DNA of 64,000 bases from Candidatus Marinacidobacterales bacterium (GTDB taxonomy: Bacteria; Acidobacteriota; Vicinamibacteria; Marinacidobacterales; DATDRI01): positions 3,520,001 to 3,584,000 of the forward strand of contig CBDCNP010000002.1 in NCBI GenBank assembly GCA_965219415.1, written 5' to 3'. The position numbers were made by a program, and so were the translations under genes. Below the pieces are notes generated by a model. The model did not search any database. It was not told the origin of the DNA and saw nothing but the letters and a program-made list of their open reading frames with translations. Positions 31,891-42,542 of this stretch are shown here, one piece after another (the stretch's first letter is position 1; every line of letters starts with the position of its first letter).

Positions 31891-32409
31891 ATGAGGAAAT
31901 ACCCCCGCACCGATAATCTTTTGGGCTTTGCTGCAGTTTTGTTCTGCCTGATGGTGCTCGCTCTTGCCATCGCGTGCGGCGGAGGCGGCGACTCGGGTGA
32001 GGAAGCTGCCGAGCCAGAATTGATGGAAGAGCCCATGGCTGAAGAAAGTAGTGGCGAGAGCATGGGCGCTCCGCGCATTTTCTTTATCACACCCGAGGAC
32101 GGCGCCACGGTGACGTCACCGGTGAGCTTCGAGTTCGGCCACGAGAACTTCACCATCGAGCCCAAGGGCGATATTCACGAAGGCGCAGGCCACCATCACA
32201 TCAGCCTCAACACCGAGTGCCTTCCTGCAGGCGAGGCGATTCCAGAAGCGGACCCGTGGGTTCACTTCGGCGATGGCTCGGCGGTCATCGATATGCAACT
32301 GCCGGCGGGTGAGCACATGCTCACGATCCAGGTCGGCGATGGCGAGCACGTTACCCTCGAAGAGCCCGGCCTCTGCCAAAGCATAACGATTACTGTGGAA
32401 GAAGGTTAG
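31891..32409 (+). CDS. DUF4399-domain lipoprotein
   Basis: Lipobox AIAC; FITPEDGATV, GHHH, HFGDG, GEHMLTIQVGDGEH. Confidence 0.8.
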   Translation: MRKYPRTDNLLGFAAVLFCLMVLALAIACGGGGDSGEEAAEPELMEEPMAEESSGESMGAPRIFFITPEDGATVTSPVSFEFGHENFTIEPKGDIHEGAGHHHISLNTECLPAGEAIPEADPWVHFGDGSAVIDMQLPAGEHMLTIQVGDGEHVTLEEPGLCQSITITVEEG

Positions 32410-33847
32410 AACCGCAATATTTGATGTTGGGTGTCCCTCCGCCGACCCTGGCGGAGGGACGATCTCGTCCTGTGCGGTGCTTCCGCCATCAAGTGTTGCT
32501 ACGCCGCGTTTGAATGCTAGTGTCAGTTGGCTTGCCTGTGTCGGCGAACACCATACATAAGGATGTCGGGTGTACACGAACATCTCCCTGAACGTCAGGC
32601 ACCTGTGCCTTCTATTTATTCATCCGCGCGGCCCGAACTTGATTAATCTCTGGTCTGCCGGCGGTGCGTGACGCTTCGCAGCGGAGCACGGCGCAGCGCG
32701 TCGGGAACGTCGAACAGCCCATCTGGTCAAAATACTCGAAGGCCCAGCGGGTCAGCAGTTTGCACCTGCGACCTGCCCTGCATCCTTAGTACTCATTCCA
32801 GCCCAAACGCCCTCCGGAGGTCAGGTTTGTGTCTATATTCTCTGTTAATTCTCTGTTTTTCAGGGTTTCCAATCGAGACCGGATAGCTCCAAACTGCACC
32901 ATCCGCCACCCAGTCTGGCCAATTGTGGCACTGCAGAGACGCGTGAGATTTTCCGCGCGGTTGGCGGGGTTTTGCAGGATCAGGTGTCACCAGAGACGCG
33001 CTAGAAGGGCCGAATGGGCCTCATTTTCGATATTCGTCTCTAATCGCGATTTTCGAGTGCCAAGTTTGCGCCAAATAAGGGAGTAGGCGCTGATCGAGCC
33101 ATGCGGGCGGCGGGAAAAGAGGCCACCCGAGAGGCCCAGAATCGAGGCCGGGGCGACCGCGGTGTAGCGGCCTAGCACGTTCTGGTCCAGGTGCGACCCG
33201 GGCCTCCTTGATGCTCGCTCTCGAATTGAGCCTCAAACAGGGTCCGCCAAGGCTTGAGCGAAGCTTCCTCCCGCAAAGCCGACGATGGCGTCGTCGGGTC
33301 GACCAGCACGAAGCAGCGAAGCATGGCAGGTCTAAACCGCGCAATCAATGCTGGATCGACTTTTTGCGGAGCACACGCGCCGGTCCTGACTTCGTTCGTG
33401 TTTTTGGACACGACGGGGCCGGAGGTATCTCACAGCGATTCATGACCCCGGTCATGGCGGCGACGGTCGGTCTGAACCGATGAAACTCGACGTGGACTGG
33501 TCCCAGGACCCGCCGGTTTCCGACCGGGACCAGAGGTATGATCTGGTTCGGGGACGCGACCGGGATCCGGGGCGCGATCGGGACGTTCATCGGCGCGGTC
33601 ATCGACGCGAGTTCGACGCACGACAGCCGCATCGGTCGCTCTCGGATCGGGTGGATGGTGTGGTGTACGATGTCGGGACGTTCCGGGTCGTACTATCTGA
33701 CCCTCGATGCCATGACCGGTCCGATGCTGGTGCGGGGGGAGTAGGACGGATTGCGAAGCAGCTACGACATGAGCGGGCAGGAGCGTCGATGACCTGGGTC
33801 TGGTCGTTACGGCGTCTGAGTCCGCGGAGCGCGCGGAGGTTCGCCGC

Positions 33848-35206
33848 ATGATCAGTCCAACGGAGTCGCTGGCGTTCTCGATGCATGCCAGTCCCGGCGT
33901 CTATGCGGTTCTGGCCGGATCGGGCGTATCGCGGGCCGCGAAGATCCCCACGGGCTGGGAGATTACGCTCGACTTGGTGCGGAAGCTCGCGGCACTCCGC
34001 AAGGAGACGTGCGATCCGGATCCGGAACGGTGGTACTGGAGCGCATTCAGCAAGGAGGCGGACTACTCGGACCTACTGGACGCGCTCTGCGGGACGGCGG
34101 CCGAACGGCAGCAGTTGTTGCGCGGCTACTTCGAGCTGAGCGCGGACGACCGTGAGGAGGGCACCAAGCAGCCGACCGCAACACACCGAGCCATCGCAGC
34201 GCTGGCTGCGAAGGGCTTCATTCGGGTCATTCTCACGACGAACTTCGACCGCCTGATCGAGACGGCGTTGGACGACGCTGGTGTGGCACCGGCAGTGCTG
34301 ACCACACCGGATCAGTTACAGGGCGCGTTGCCGCTGATTCACACGCGCTGCTGCGTCGTCAAGTTGCACGGTGACTACCTCGACACGCGGATCAGGAATA
34401 CCCAGGCAGAGCTCGATTCGTATCCCGCGGAGTTTAGTCGCCTGCTGGATCGCGTCTTCGACGAATTCGGCTTAGTTGTTTGCGGCTGGTCAGCGGCTTG
34501 GGGACGGAGCTCTGCGCAAGGCGTTGTACCGTGCGTCATCGCGGCGGTTCACGACGTACTGGGTGGCGCGTGGAGAAGTTACAGGCGAGGCCTGGAGCTT
34601 GATCGAGCACCGTGGGGCCAAGTTGATTCCGATCAAGGACGCTGACGATTTCTTCGGTGCCCTCCAGCAGCATGTCGAATCCCTCGAGGAGTTCGCACGG
34701 CCGCATCCACTGTCCACCGAAGCGGCTGTCGCAAGTCTGAAGGGCTACTTCGCCGAATCCCGGCATCGGATTCGGCTGTCCGATCTCCTCGACGATGCCG
34801 TCGAGCAGGTGGTCGAGACAACCTCCGACGATGCATTCACCGGTAATCCCTCAAGGGGGGATGACGACGCTGTCAACGCGCGGATGCGCGGCTTCGAAGC
34901 GGCTTGCTCGACGTTGCTTGCACTGGGAATAACGGCGATACCCGGTACACGTTGATCTTCGACAAACTTGAGATTCTCCTGACACTTGCCTACGTCCACG
35001 CCCACTCCGGGACAACTCCGCTACCGGACAGCGCGTTCTGGTACTTCCAGGAGAACGGAGGTCGCATTTTGAATGACATCGAGGAGTCGTTATCGTCAAG
35101 GTGCAACGAGTCACCTTTCGTCAGATCCCATATCTTCGGCGGCACCGCAGAGGAATGCCATCTTAGACTGAAGGACGTACGGAAAGTCATACCGAGTCAA
35201 GTGTGA
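33848..35206 (+). pseudogene. SIR2-like (SIR2_2) protein, frameshifted
   Basis: GSGVSRAAKIPTGW, TTNFD, KLHGD, VCGWS; continues in frames 34476-34955 and 34904-35206. Confidence 0.8.
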
Positions 35207-35305
35207 TCCCGTCGTGTCCAAAAACACGAACAAACTCACGACCTCGGGCCTTTGGGAAGGTGCAAACTGCTGACCCGCTGGGCGTTCGAGTATTTGGACC
35301 AGACG

Positions 35306-35453
35306 GCCTCGCCGTTGCGCAGAACAACCTCGGGATTATGTAAGCCCTAGGGAAGGGCGTCCTTAAGGATTCCGTACTCGCGCGCATGTGGCTCAACATC
35401 GCCGGTGCCAACGGGGACGAAACCGCCAGAGAAACGCGGGACAAGCTGGAAGG
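35306..35453 (+). pseudogene. Sel1-repeat protein C-terminal fragment
   Basis: AQNNLGIM*ALGKGVLKDSVLAHMWLNIAGANG. Confidence 0.7.
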
Positions 35454-35605
35454 TGAACCGCCCCGGGTTTTCCGGAGACTGTTTTAGTTGAGTCTCGCCA
35501 TCTCTAGCGAGCCTTCCTGCGACCGATAGTGGTTCATCTCGTACTCGACGGGGGAGACATTTCCGATCGGCTCCAAGAGTCGTTGCGTGTTGTACCAATG
35601 GACCC
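35454..35605 (-). mobile_element. IS3-family right end and transposase C-terminus
   Basis: TGAACCGCCCCGGGTTTTCCGGAG end; VHWYNTQRLLEPIGNVSPVEYE. Confidence 0.75.
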
Positions 35606-36096
35606 CGTCCTGTGCCAAAACTCGGCCCTTTTGAAATAGACCACAAATCAGCAGCTTAGACGCCCTTGGAATCCGCGCAGAATCCAGGGTATTTCGCGCC
35701 GCAGAGCTGACTTCCGACCCATGGGGCTGGCGGATGAATAAATAGAAGGCACAGCCGAGTTTTGGCACAGGACGGGTTAGGTGAATCCATCAATGTCGCC
35801 GAAGGATCCGTCCCCGTCGTGTCCAAAAATACAAACGAACTCTAAGACCCACGCGCCGGGCCGTCGCCGAGTTCATCTATCATTATTATGGAGAGCTCAA
35901 CATTCTGGAGAGCTCAACCATCAAGGGCTTGGCGACGCGTTTCTGTTTTTGGACACAACGCCGAGGATTCTAGCTCCCATCGCCCAACCAAGCGTATACA
36001 CGTCTATTCCGAAACGTCCCGGCGTGCCGATCTTGAGTCCGTTTGTATTTTTGGACACGACGGGCTGCGCCATGACTTAACCTAGTGATCACGGCC

Positions 36097-37038
36097 CTAT
36101 CCGCCACCTGGAACGACGAAGGCCTCGCTTGCGGCACCCATGGTCGCCACAACAGGCTCCTTGCTGCCCACATCATCAACCTCTGGTCGTGCGAACTGCA
36201 CATCTAGGACGCGAACACGATCGCCTACTCCGAATCCTGGCGCTTCGACCTTTGTGCGTAAGAGAAGTGGCTCGCCTGCTGGCACTGACTTGGAGACCTC
36301 AACATGCGCATCCCAACTCCTAGGGCCGTGTCGCGACTCCACAACAACTTGCGCGTCTCCAAAAACGTCGTGTTCGTCGGCCTCTGCTACTAGCAATCTC
36401 TGGGTCGACGGTCGCCAATACGCCTCGCACAGGTGACGCACACTGCAGTACCGGCACTTCTCAGGGCCAGGTCGAGCTTCAGGCGGCGTTACGCTCGCCG
36501 ATGCCCTCGCCGCGCGACCTCGCGTTGCGAGTTCGCGGGCTAACGATTCAAGTTCTGGTTTCTCCGGAACACTTACTGACACGTCCTTATTCCCATATGT
36601 CAGGACGAGCTTTGTAGCGCGCCGCCTAGTTGGGTTTCGCTCAGGGTCACGCCACCACAACAGGGCGTAGACGCGGAGTTGAAACGCATGGTCATCACTC
36701 GGCTGGCCTGTCTTGAAATCACGTATCTCGCAATGCTCCTCACTAAGGCTGATCAGATCCGCGATTCCGAACCATCCGAGTTCTGGATCTCGCAGAGTGA
36801 CTTCTGCGTACGACCCGGTCTCGAGTGGCCGGCGTGTCGATATCTCCGGACGCGAACGAGAATCAGCCACTGTTTCCTTGGGCTGGAGTTGTAACCTCGA
36901 CAGTTGGCTCTGGACCCGAGTTCTGATCTCCGGAATGGAAGCCTCAAGGCGGCCTCGGGCCGCTTCCAGGACATTTGCAGCCCGAGGATTGCTCTCAAAG
37001 GGTACTGTCAAGTTGACGAAAAGCTAGCTGACCGACCC
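36097..37038 (-). pseudogene. PD-(D/E)XK nuclease (RecB/Cas4-like), 5' truncated
   Basis: GIADL...IRDFKTG...QLRVYA and CRYCSVRHLC; upstream part cut by stacked ends at 37039 and 37067. Confidence 0.75.
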
Positions 37039-37121
37039 CGTCCTGTCCGAAAACGCGAACGGACCCCGTCCTGTGTCAAAACTCGGCCTTTTTGAAATAG
37101 ACCATAAATCAGCAGCTTAGT

Positions 37122-37177
37122 TGTGATCCGCAAAAAAGAAGATCGCGTACCGCTGGATCGACTTTTTGCGGAGCACA
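37122..37177. mobile_element. 56-bp mini element G (TGTGATCCGCAAAAA...TTTTTGCGGAGCACA)
   Basis: Inverted ends; the same right end recurs ending at 15434, 31436 and 33375. Confidence 0.7.
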
Positions 37178-37342
37178 GCCATTTCTGCCCCAGCCGTCGC
37201 GGCGGCGGCACAGGCGAAGGGCTCGATCGTTCTTATTGACGGTCCTCGCTTGGCCACATTGATGGTAGAGCACGGCGTGGGTGTCAGCATCAAAACACTC
37301 GAGGTGCCACAGATCGACAGCGACTACTTTGAAAACGACTAG
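37178..37342 (+). pseudogene. mrr: Mrr-family restriction endonuclease C-terminal fragment
   Basis: Manual translation SIVLIDGPRLATLMVEHGVGVS...QIDSDYFEND*. Confidence 0.7.
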
Positions 37343-40300
37343 CCTGAACTACGGGTTTGAAGACCGGCAGGCGTCAGATCGATTCGCAGGAGGGGCTCGA
37401 AGCGCTCGATCTCGTCAGGGCCGAGTGTCTCAAGCAAATAAGCGAGGAGGTCGTCTTGCCGAGGCTGGCCGAATACCATTCGATAGACGACGAGCGAGCG
37501 GCGCAGGTCCTCCAGCTGAACGCGATCGCGCGACAAAGGAAGTGCTGGCACGTGGCGCTCCACTCTCGCTCCCCCTTCCGGTGAAAACACCCAGAACGGA
37601 ACAAGACCATGGTCGCCTTCGCCAAGCTCCTCATTAGCCAGCTCGAAGGTGCGCTGCCAAGGATCCGAATCTCCGTCCATGGCCGCCATCGCTGCTCGCC
37701 CGAACTCCCGCGCCACGTTCTTTCGGATGGCGTGGCCCTTGTAACGGTGGACACGCCCCTCCCGCTGCTCGAGGTCAACAGGATTCGACGGTAAGTTCCA
37801 GTGAACGACGGCGTGGCAATAGGAGTGGAAGTCTAGGCCTTCCTGGCCCACCGATGTGGTCGCCAACACGAAGGGCCAGAAGGGTGAGTTAAAGGCTGCG
37901 CGGACCTGGTCCGCGCGTTGTGCCGCCTCTTCGGCCTCCCTCTTGTCGCTACCGAAGCGCATGGCGAAGTGGGCACGAAGTGAACGGTTCTCGATACTTA
38001 CTTCGCCGCGCGCTCGGTTCGCACGGATTTCGTCAACGTCGAGCCGAGAGGTACGAAGTGCGAGTGTGTTCCGCATGGCTTCTGCCAAGTCTTGCGTCGT
38101 TTCCTCAGAAGGCTCTCCAAACAAACCGAGCGAATCTCGCAACACGTGGGCGTACTCATCTAGCACAGCGCCGAACCCACCATTCGCGGCGTGCCGTACC
38201 ACGAGCCGCCAGTACGGCCAGGACGCTTCTCGAGTACCCTCCTCGACGCCTCCCCGGATTAACGCCGTTGCCTCAGGCTGGCTGAAGAGGGTTCGGGAGC
38301 TCCATGCTACCCGCGCCGCCCCATCACGGACCGCCGAGGAGGCCAAGCGCTCTCCTCCTCCGGCTACTCGGGCCAACGCACGCAAGGCAGTCGTACCTGG
38401 GCCGGCCAAGGCGACCTCTGCCAACACCTCGTGCAGGTCTGCCGGCGGTCGACCGAGCTGAAGCTCGTCGCGAACCACCTTACGCGCTTCGCCAACGTGG
38501 TCCTCCCAGCGCGACTCACTGTCTGTATCTTCGTCCTTTTGGTCCCCAGCCCAGAGGCTCGGCAGGTTGGTTCGCGCGAACCACGTCTCGGCGGCCTCGC
38601 GGTTGGCGCTCAGATCCAAGAGGATCGGCGCCGCCCAGTACCATTTCCCGTCTTCCGGCCCGGTCGTCGGGCTGGCGCGTGTCAAGGGCACCACGGCATC
38701 CTTGATTGTGTCTCCTATACGTTCGAGTACGGCCGCAAGTGTCAGAAGCGGGGCCGCCGAGTCGGCGCCGATATGCGCGAGCGGATCACCGAGTAAGGCA
38801 AGAGTGAAGCTGGGGTACAGGATGCCGAGCACAGGCATTCCTGTGAGCCGCTCGTTGGTACGCGCAAAACGCAATAGCGGTCGGCGCCGTCGGCGGGCCT
38901 CGATTGTGTTCTCGGGTTTGTTCTCGAAGCGCGTAAAGATCCGGCTCTCTACCTCGTAGCTGACAAGCGTCGCGAGCGCTTGCGGAACAACGGTCCAGGC
39001 TGAGAAAACGAGCCGCTTAGTCAGGCCGGTGTCTGCGGCACGTTTGTAGTCAGCGCCGAGCTGATAGCTCGGAAGTGATGGCGGCATCCAGAGGAGCCGC
39101 CAAGCACCAGAATTATCGAGCTCACGTACCAGGTTGCGCACACGCGCATTGCCTGGTTCCACACGTTCGTACGCCTCGATTCGATTCCACGGCAGGAGAA
39201 GTTCGTTCGCCTTTTCGAGCAACTGGGCGAGGTTGGTTCTGTTTTCGTGTGACTCAGCTTGCTCGCGAAATTTCTCCTTTAGTTTGTACTGATGCATGAA
39301 GTTCAGAAGAAAAGGGGCCGATTTCCAATACTCGACGACCTGCGGCTGACCGAGCGCCGACGCCACCCGCTGCAGCTGTGTAAAAGCGTGCACGTCCTCA
39401 GCTTTCAAGGTGACACCCTGTGCGAACACTTCCTTCAGCATGTCTCCGCGAGTGCCATCCTCACCTGGCTCGACGATTCTCTCGGTTCGCGACATCACGC
39501 GGCGAAGGGAGTCTTCGATCTCGTCTCGCAGGGCCGAGATCTCGTACTCCCCGCCCTCACCCAAGCGGTAGAGCTCTCGGCGAAAGTGTTTGAGCTGAAG
39601 CGCGAAGCGCGTTGTGCTCTCGGAAGACTGCTGCAAGAACTCGACCGTACAGAGGAAATCGGCGTGGTGATCGTCCTCATCTCGCTCGTGTCGAAGCGTG
39701 TACATCTTGTAAGGAGTGGCAGAGAGAAGGAGCATACGCACCTGACTGACATCATCGGCGTAGTTGAAGAGCTCACGCGCAAGCCGCCCCGCGTCGCTCT
39801 CTCCGGAGAGCAGATGCTTGAAGCGCTGGAATTCATCGAGAATGATGAGATCCGGCTCTAGAGCCTCGAGGCAGACGGCCGCGAGCAGTGCGCGAAGCTC
39901 ACCGATCAAGTGCGCACGCATCTTGCGATCTTCGCGAGGCCGCTTGCTCTTGCGAGCGTAGGAGAAGCGATCGCACAGCTCCTCGTACCGCGCACGGAGG
40001 CCCGGCCGTCCATCCCGAGTACCGCGGCACGCATCGCCGAGGGCCTTCGAGAACGCGACTTGGATTTCTTGATCGATCGAGCTTTGATCGAACGCACGAA
40101 TTCGCTTCCGAAACCCACCGGCGTTGCCAACATTTCCCTGAAAAAGGTTCAGTGCTCCGGCGCCGTGGTTTCCCCAGACCTCGCGAATCATCCAGTAAAG
40201 GAGGATGCGTTCCTCGCTGCGGCCAAGGCTCGACTTCAGGTCGAATGAGGTCCCTGGCGTGAAAGAGACGAAGTTTAGTGGACTGTTTCGAAGGTCGTGC

Positions 40301-40644
40301 AGAATAGTCGGCAGCAGCGTGATCCGCGTCGCGAGCTCAAAACGTCGGTCCCTCGTCAGATTCAAGCGATTGATGTTTTGTCGAGCGATCTCCGCGTTCG
40401 AGCAGATGTAGAGAACGTCGATACGCTCGATGCCTTCTTTGCGGAGATGCTCCACCGCCTTGGCGATCACGCCGCGGGCCACGAGTGTCTTCCCAAGGCC
40501 CACTTCGTCCGCCACAAGGAAGCGACGACTCGAATCTTTAGCAAGGTAGAGGCGCTCAAAGGCGAACTCTACTGTATCGCGTTGAAAGCCCTTGAGCTGA
40601 GACAGGATCTCCTCGGTATCGGGCCACTTGAACGTAGCGGTCAC
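37339..40644 (-). CDS. SF2 (SNF2-like) helicase
   Basis: LVADEVGLGKT, DEFQ, LLSATPY, VGQEGLDF, EQREGRVHR. Confidence 0.9.
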   Translation of the reverse strand: MTATFKWPDTEEILSQLKGFQRDTVEFAFERLYLAKDSSRRFLVADEVGLGKTLVARGVIAKAVEHLRKEGIERIDVLYICSNAEIARQNINRLNLTRDRRFELATRITLLPTILHDLRNSPLNFVSFTPGTSFDLKSSLGRSEERILLYWMIREVWGNHGAGALNLFQGNVGNAGGFRKRIRAFDQSSIDQEIQVAFSKALGDACRGTRDGRPGLRARYEELCDRFSYARKSKRPREDRKMRAHLIGELRALLAAVCLEALEPDLIILDEFQRFKHLLSGESDAGRLARELFNYADDVSQVRMLLLSATPYKMYTLRHERDEDDHHADFLCTVEFLQQSSESTTRFALQLKHFRRELYRLGEGGEYEISALRDEIEDSLRRVMSRTERIVEPGEDGTRGDMLKEVFAQGVTLKAEDVHAFTQLQRVASALGQPQVVEYWKSAPFLLNFMHQYKLKEKFREQAESHENRTNLAQLLEKANELLLPWNRIEAYERVEPGNARVRNLVRELDNSGAWRLLWMPPSLPSYQLGADYKRAADTGLTKRLVFSAWTVVPQALATLVSYEVESRIFTRFENKPENTIEARRRRRPLLRFARTNERLTGMPVLGILYPSFTLALLGDPLAHIGADSAAPLLTLAAVLERIGDTIKDAVVPLTRASPTTGPEDGKWYWAAPILLDLSANREAAETWFARTNLPSLWAGDQKDEDTDSESRWEDHVGEARKVVRDELQLGRPPADLHEVLAEVALAGPGTTALRALARVAGGGERLASSAVRDGAARVAWSSRTLFSQPEATALIRGGVEEGTREASWPYWRLVVRHAANGGFGAVLDEYAHVLRDSLGLFGEPSEETTQDLAEAMRNTLALRTSRLDVDEIRANRARGEVSIENRSLRAHFAMRFGSDKREAEEAAQRADQVRAAFNSPFWPFVLATTSVGQEGLDFHSYCHAVVHWNLPSNPVDLEQREGRVHRYKGHAIRKNVAREFGRAAMAAMDGDSDPWQRTFELANEELGEGDHGLVPFWVFSPEGGARVERHVPALPLSRDRVQLEDLRRSLVVYRMVFGQPRQDDLLAYLLETLGPDEIERFEPLLRIDLTPAGLQTRSSG

Positions 40645-42542
40645 TCTTTACCCCCGCCATCGCTCGCTGATTCCCGCGTCTGCTCCTCGCGCACGGCCCA
40701 AATGGGATCCCAGATGGCGTTGAGACCATCGGGCAAAAGATCTTGTCCTTCTGGTGTCCGCCGAAGATCTGCGATTAGCCGCGCCACTTCGTCCAGCCGT
40801 TCCGGATCGCGGCCCAGCGCCTTGAGGAGCGACTCGAGTAGTGGGAAACCAGAGTCACCGAAACCTCGTTGACCTGGACGGTTTCTACTCCCCCCCGCGG
40901 CAGCGACAAAGTCAGAGGCCGAGAGTTCGCCTTCCGAAAGCAGAATCCACAGGAGCCGCATAACTTGGTCGCGATTTTGCAAGAGCGCCCGCAACAAACC
41001 CTCCCGGCGGTCTTCGGGTGCTCCCTCGAGTGGAAGATTGAGTGCGAAGCGAACCTGCGCATCTTGATTCTTGTACGAGGTGTTTATTTCGAATGCAAAG
41101 AAGCTCGTCAACGCCGCGAACGAGAGCATCTCGAAGCGTGCGACGGCCCGGCTTTTCGACCGTGCTTCGAGAGCCACCGACGCTTCAAAACGAAGCGACG
41201 TCGGCCAGACACGCACACTACAACCCGCCGGGACAATAGCACCGGAAGAGCGCCGAACCAGATCGATGCTGTACGTGCGGTCGTCCGCATTCGGCAAAAC
41301 CTTCGCCGTGAGCTTTGCTGCAGCGATCTGTGAGCGTGCCACGTTCAGCCGTCTTTCCAATTCAGCTTTCGCTTCGTCGGTGGAAGGGGGCACGTCCCCG
41401 CTCGGCGTGAAAGGTTGAAGGAGATCGCGCAATGTTGGAGCATTGTGTACACCTCCTTCTCCCAGCAGCACATCGATGCCGACACGGGTCTTCTTTCCTA
41501 CGAGCTCGACCAGGAATTCGACGTTGCGCTGAAAAGCCGCAACGGTCGCGTTGGCGGATCCTGTCCACACACAAGCATTCCAACCATCGTCGATGACGAA
41601 GAGCTTGGCGTGGAGACCAGAAATGGTTGCTTCGTTACCCTCGGAGGCGAGATCGACTTCCGTTCCCTCGGCATCGGCATTTGCCTCTTCGGCAAGGGTG
41701 TAGACCTCGAGATCATGCAACGTCTCACGAGGAAGTCTTTCGAGCTCTTCTGGCCGGGACACGAGTACGACTCGCTTTCGCCTAGCCGCAATGCGATCAA
41801 TCGTGCTCGAGGTCACAAAAGGTGAAACGATCACGCAAGGCCGTCGGTTCTTGGGGAATGGCCAGAGCGCGCGCGGATGCATCCCGAGCGGGTGAAACGC
41901 CACTTCTTCAAAACCTTCGGGCAACTCGAATTCCACACGCCGCACCTCGTCCTGCATTTGCTCGATCCCAGAGGCAACCTCCGCAGGCAGCGGATGAAGC
42001 GTCATCTTCGGGAGCGCGGAAAAAAACTCGCCCAGCGGGCGATTGACGCCGAAAGCATTGCGGCGTTTAGTGAGATGGCCGTCCAGGACCAAGGCCGTAT
42101 CCCATGAGCGGTCGAACGTGAGGTTGCGCGATAGGCAGAGCAGCCGGTACCGAACGGGCTCCCCGTCGTCGGTGGCGACGTAGCGTAGCAGCCAGACCTT
42201 CGGATGGAAGACACCACCCTTGTGCGGTGCCTCGACTTCGAAGACTGAATCCTCAAGGTACGCGAGCAGCGTCTGCCCCGGAGCCGGAACCTTCACCCGT
42301 CCAGCCTGACAGAAAAGATGGATGCGCTGCGCATGGCGGCGGACTGCCTCGAGCAGTGCCAAGGGGTCTGCCATCGGTCGCCCTTTCTCATCCTCCCAAT
42401 CAAAGAAAGTAAACGCCAAAGGTGCGGTCAGGAGAGCCAAGAGATCGAGGGTGTACGAAGTGCCCACCGCCCGGTCGAGCCGATACCCTCCGGATGGCCG
42501 AAGCCCGTCGAGCAGGAGACGGCGACTACTCGGTTGTAGCAT
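40641..42542 (-). CDS. phospholipase D-family nuclease
   Basis: Two HxK motifs (FHPKVW...SRNLT and LHAKLF...GSANAT); stop overlaps the helicase start. Confidence 0.85.
   Translation of the reverse strand: MLQPSSRRLLLDGLRPSGGYRLDRAVGTSYTLDLLALLTAPLAFTFFDWEDEKGRPMADPLALLEAVRRHAQRIHLFCQAGRVKVPAPGQTLLAYLEDSVFEVEAPHKGGVFHPKVWLLRYVATDDGEPVRYRLLCLSRNLTFDRSWDTALVLDGHLTKRRNAFGVNRPLGEFFSALPKMTLHPLPAEVASGIEQMQDEVRRVEFELPEGFEEVAFHPLGMHPRALWPFPKNRRPCVIVSPFVTSSTIDRIAARRKRVVLVSRPEELERLPRETLHDLEVYTLAEEANADAEGTEVDLASEGNEATISGLHAKLFVIDDGWNACVWTGSANATVAAFQRNVEFLVELVGKKTRVGIDVLLGEGGVHNAPTLRDLLQPFTPSGDVPPSTDEAKAELERRLNVARSQIAAAKLTAKVLPNADDRTYSIDLVRRSSGAIVPAGCSVRVWPTSLRFEASVALEARSKSRAVARFEMLSFAALTSFFAFEINTSYKNQDAQVRFALNLPLEGAPEDRREGLLRALLQNRDQVMRLLWILLSEGELSASDFVAAAGGSRNRPGQRGFGDSGFPLLESLLKALGRDPERLDEVARLIADLRRTPEGQDLLPDGLNAIWDPIWAVREEQTRESASDGGGKE

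Noticed and set aside
36097-37011. PD-(D/E)XK nuclease as fourth gene of the DUF6361-PLD-helicase operon, or as Cas4
   Set aside because: Separated from the operon by an oppositely oriented mrr remnant and three stacked ends, so it is a different segment; no CRISPR context.
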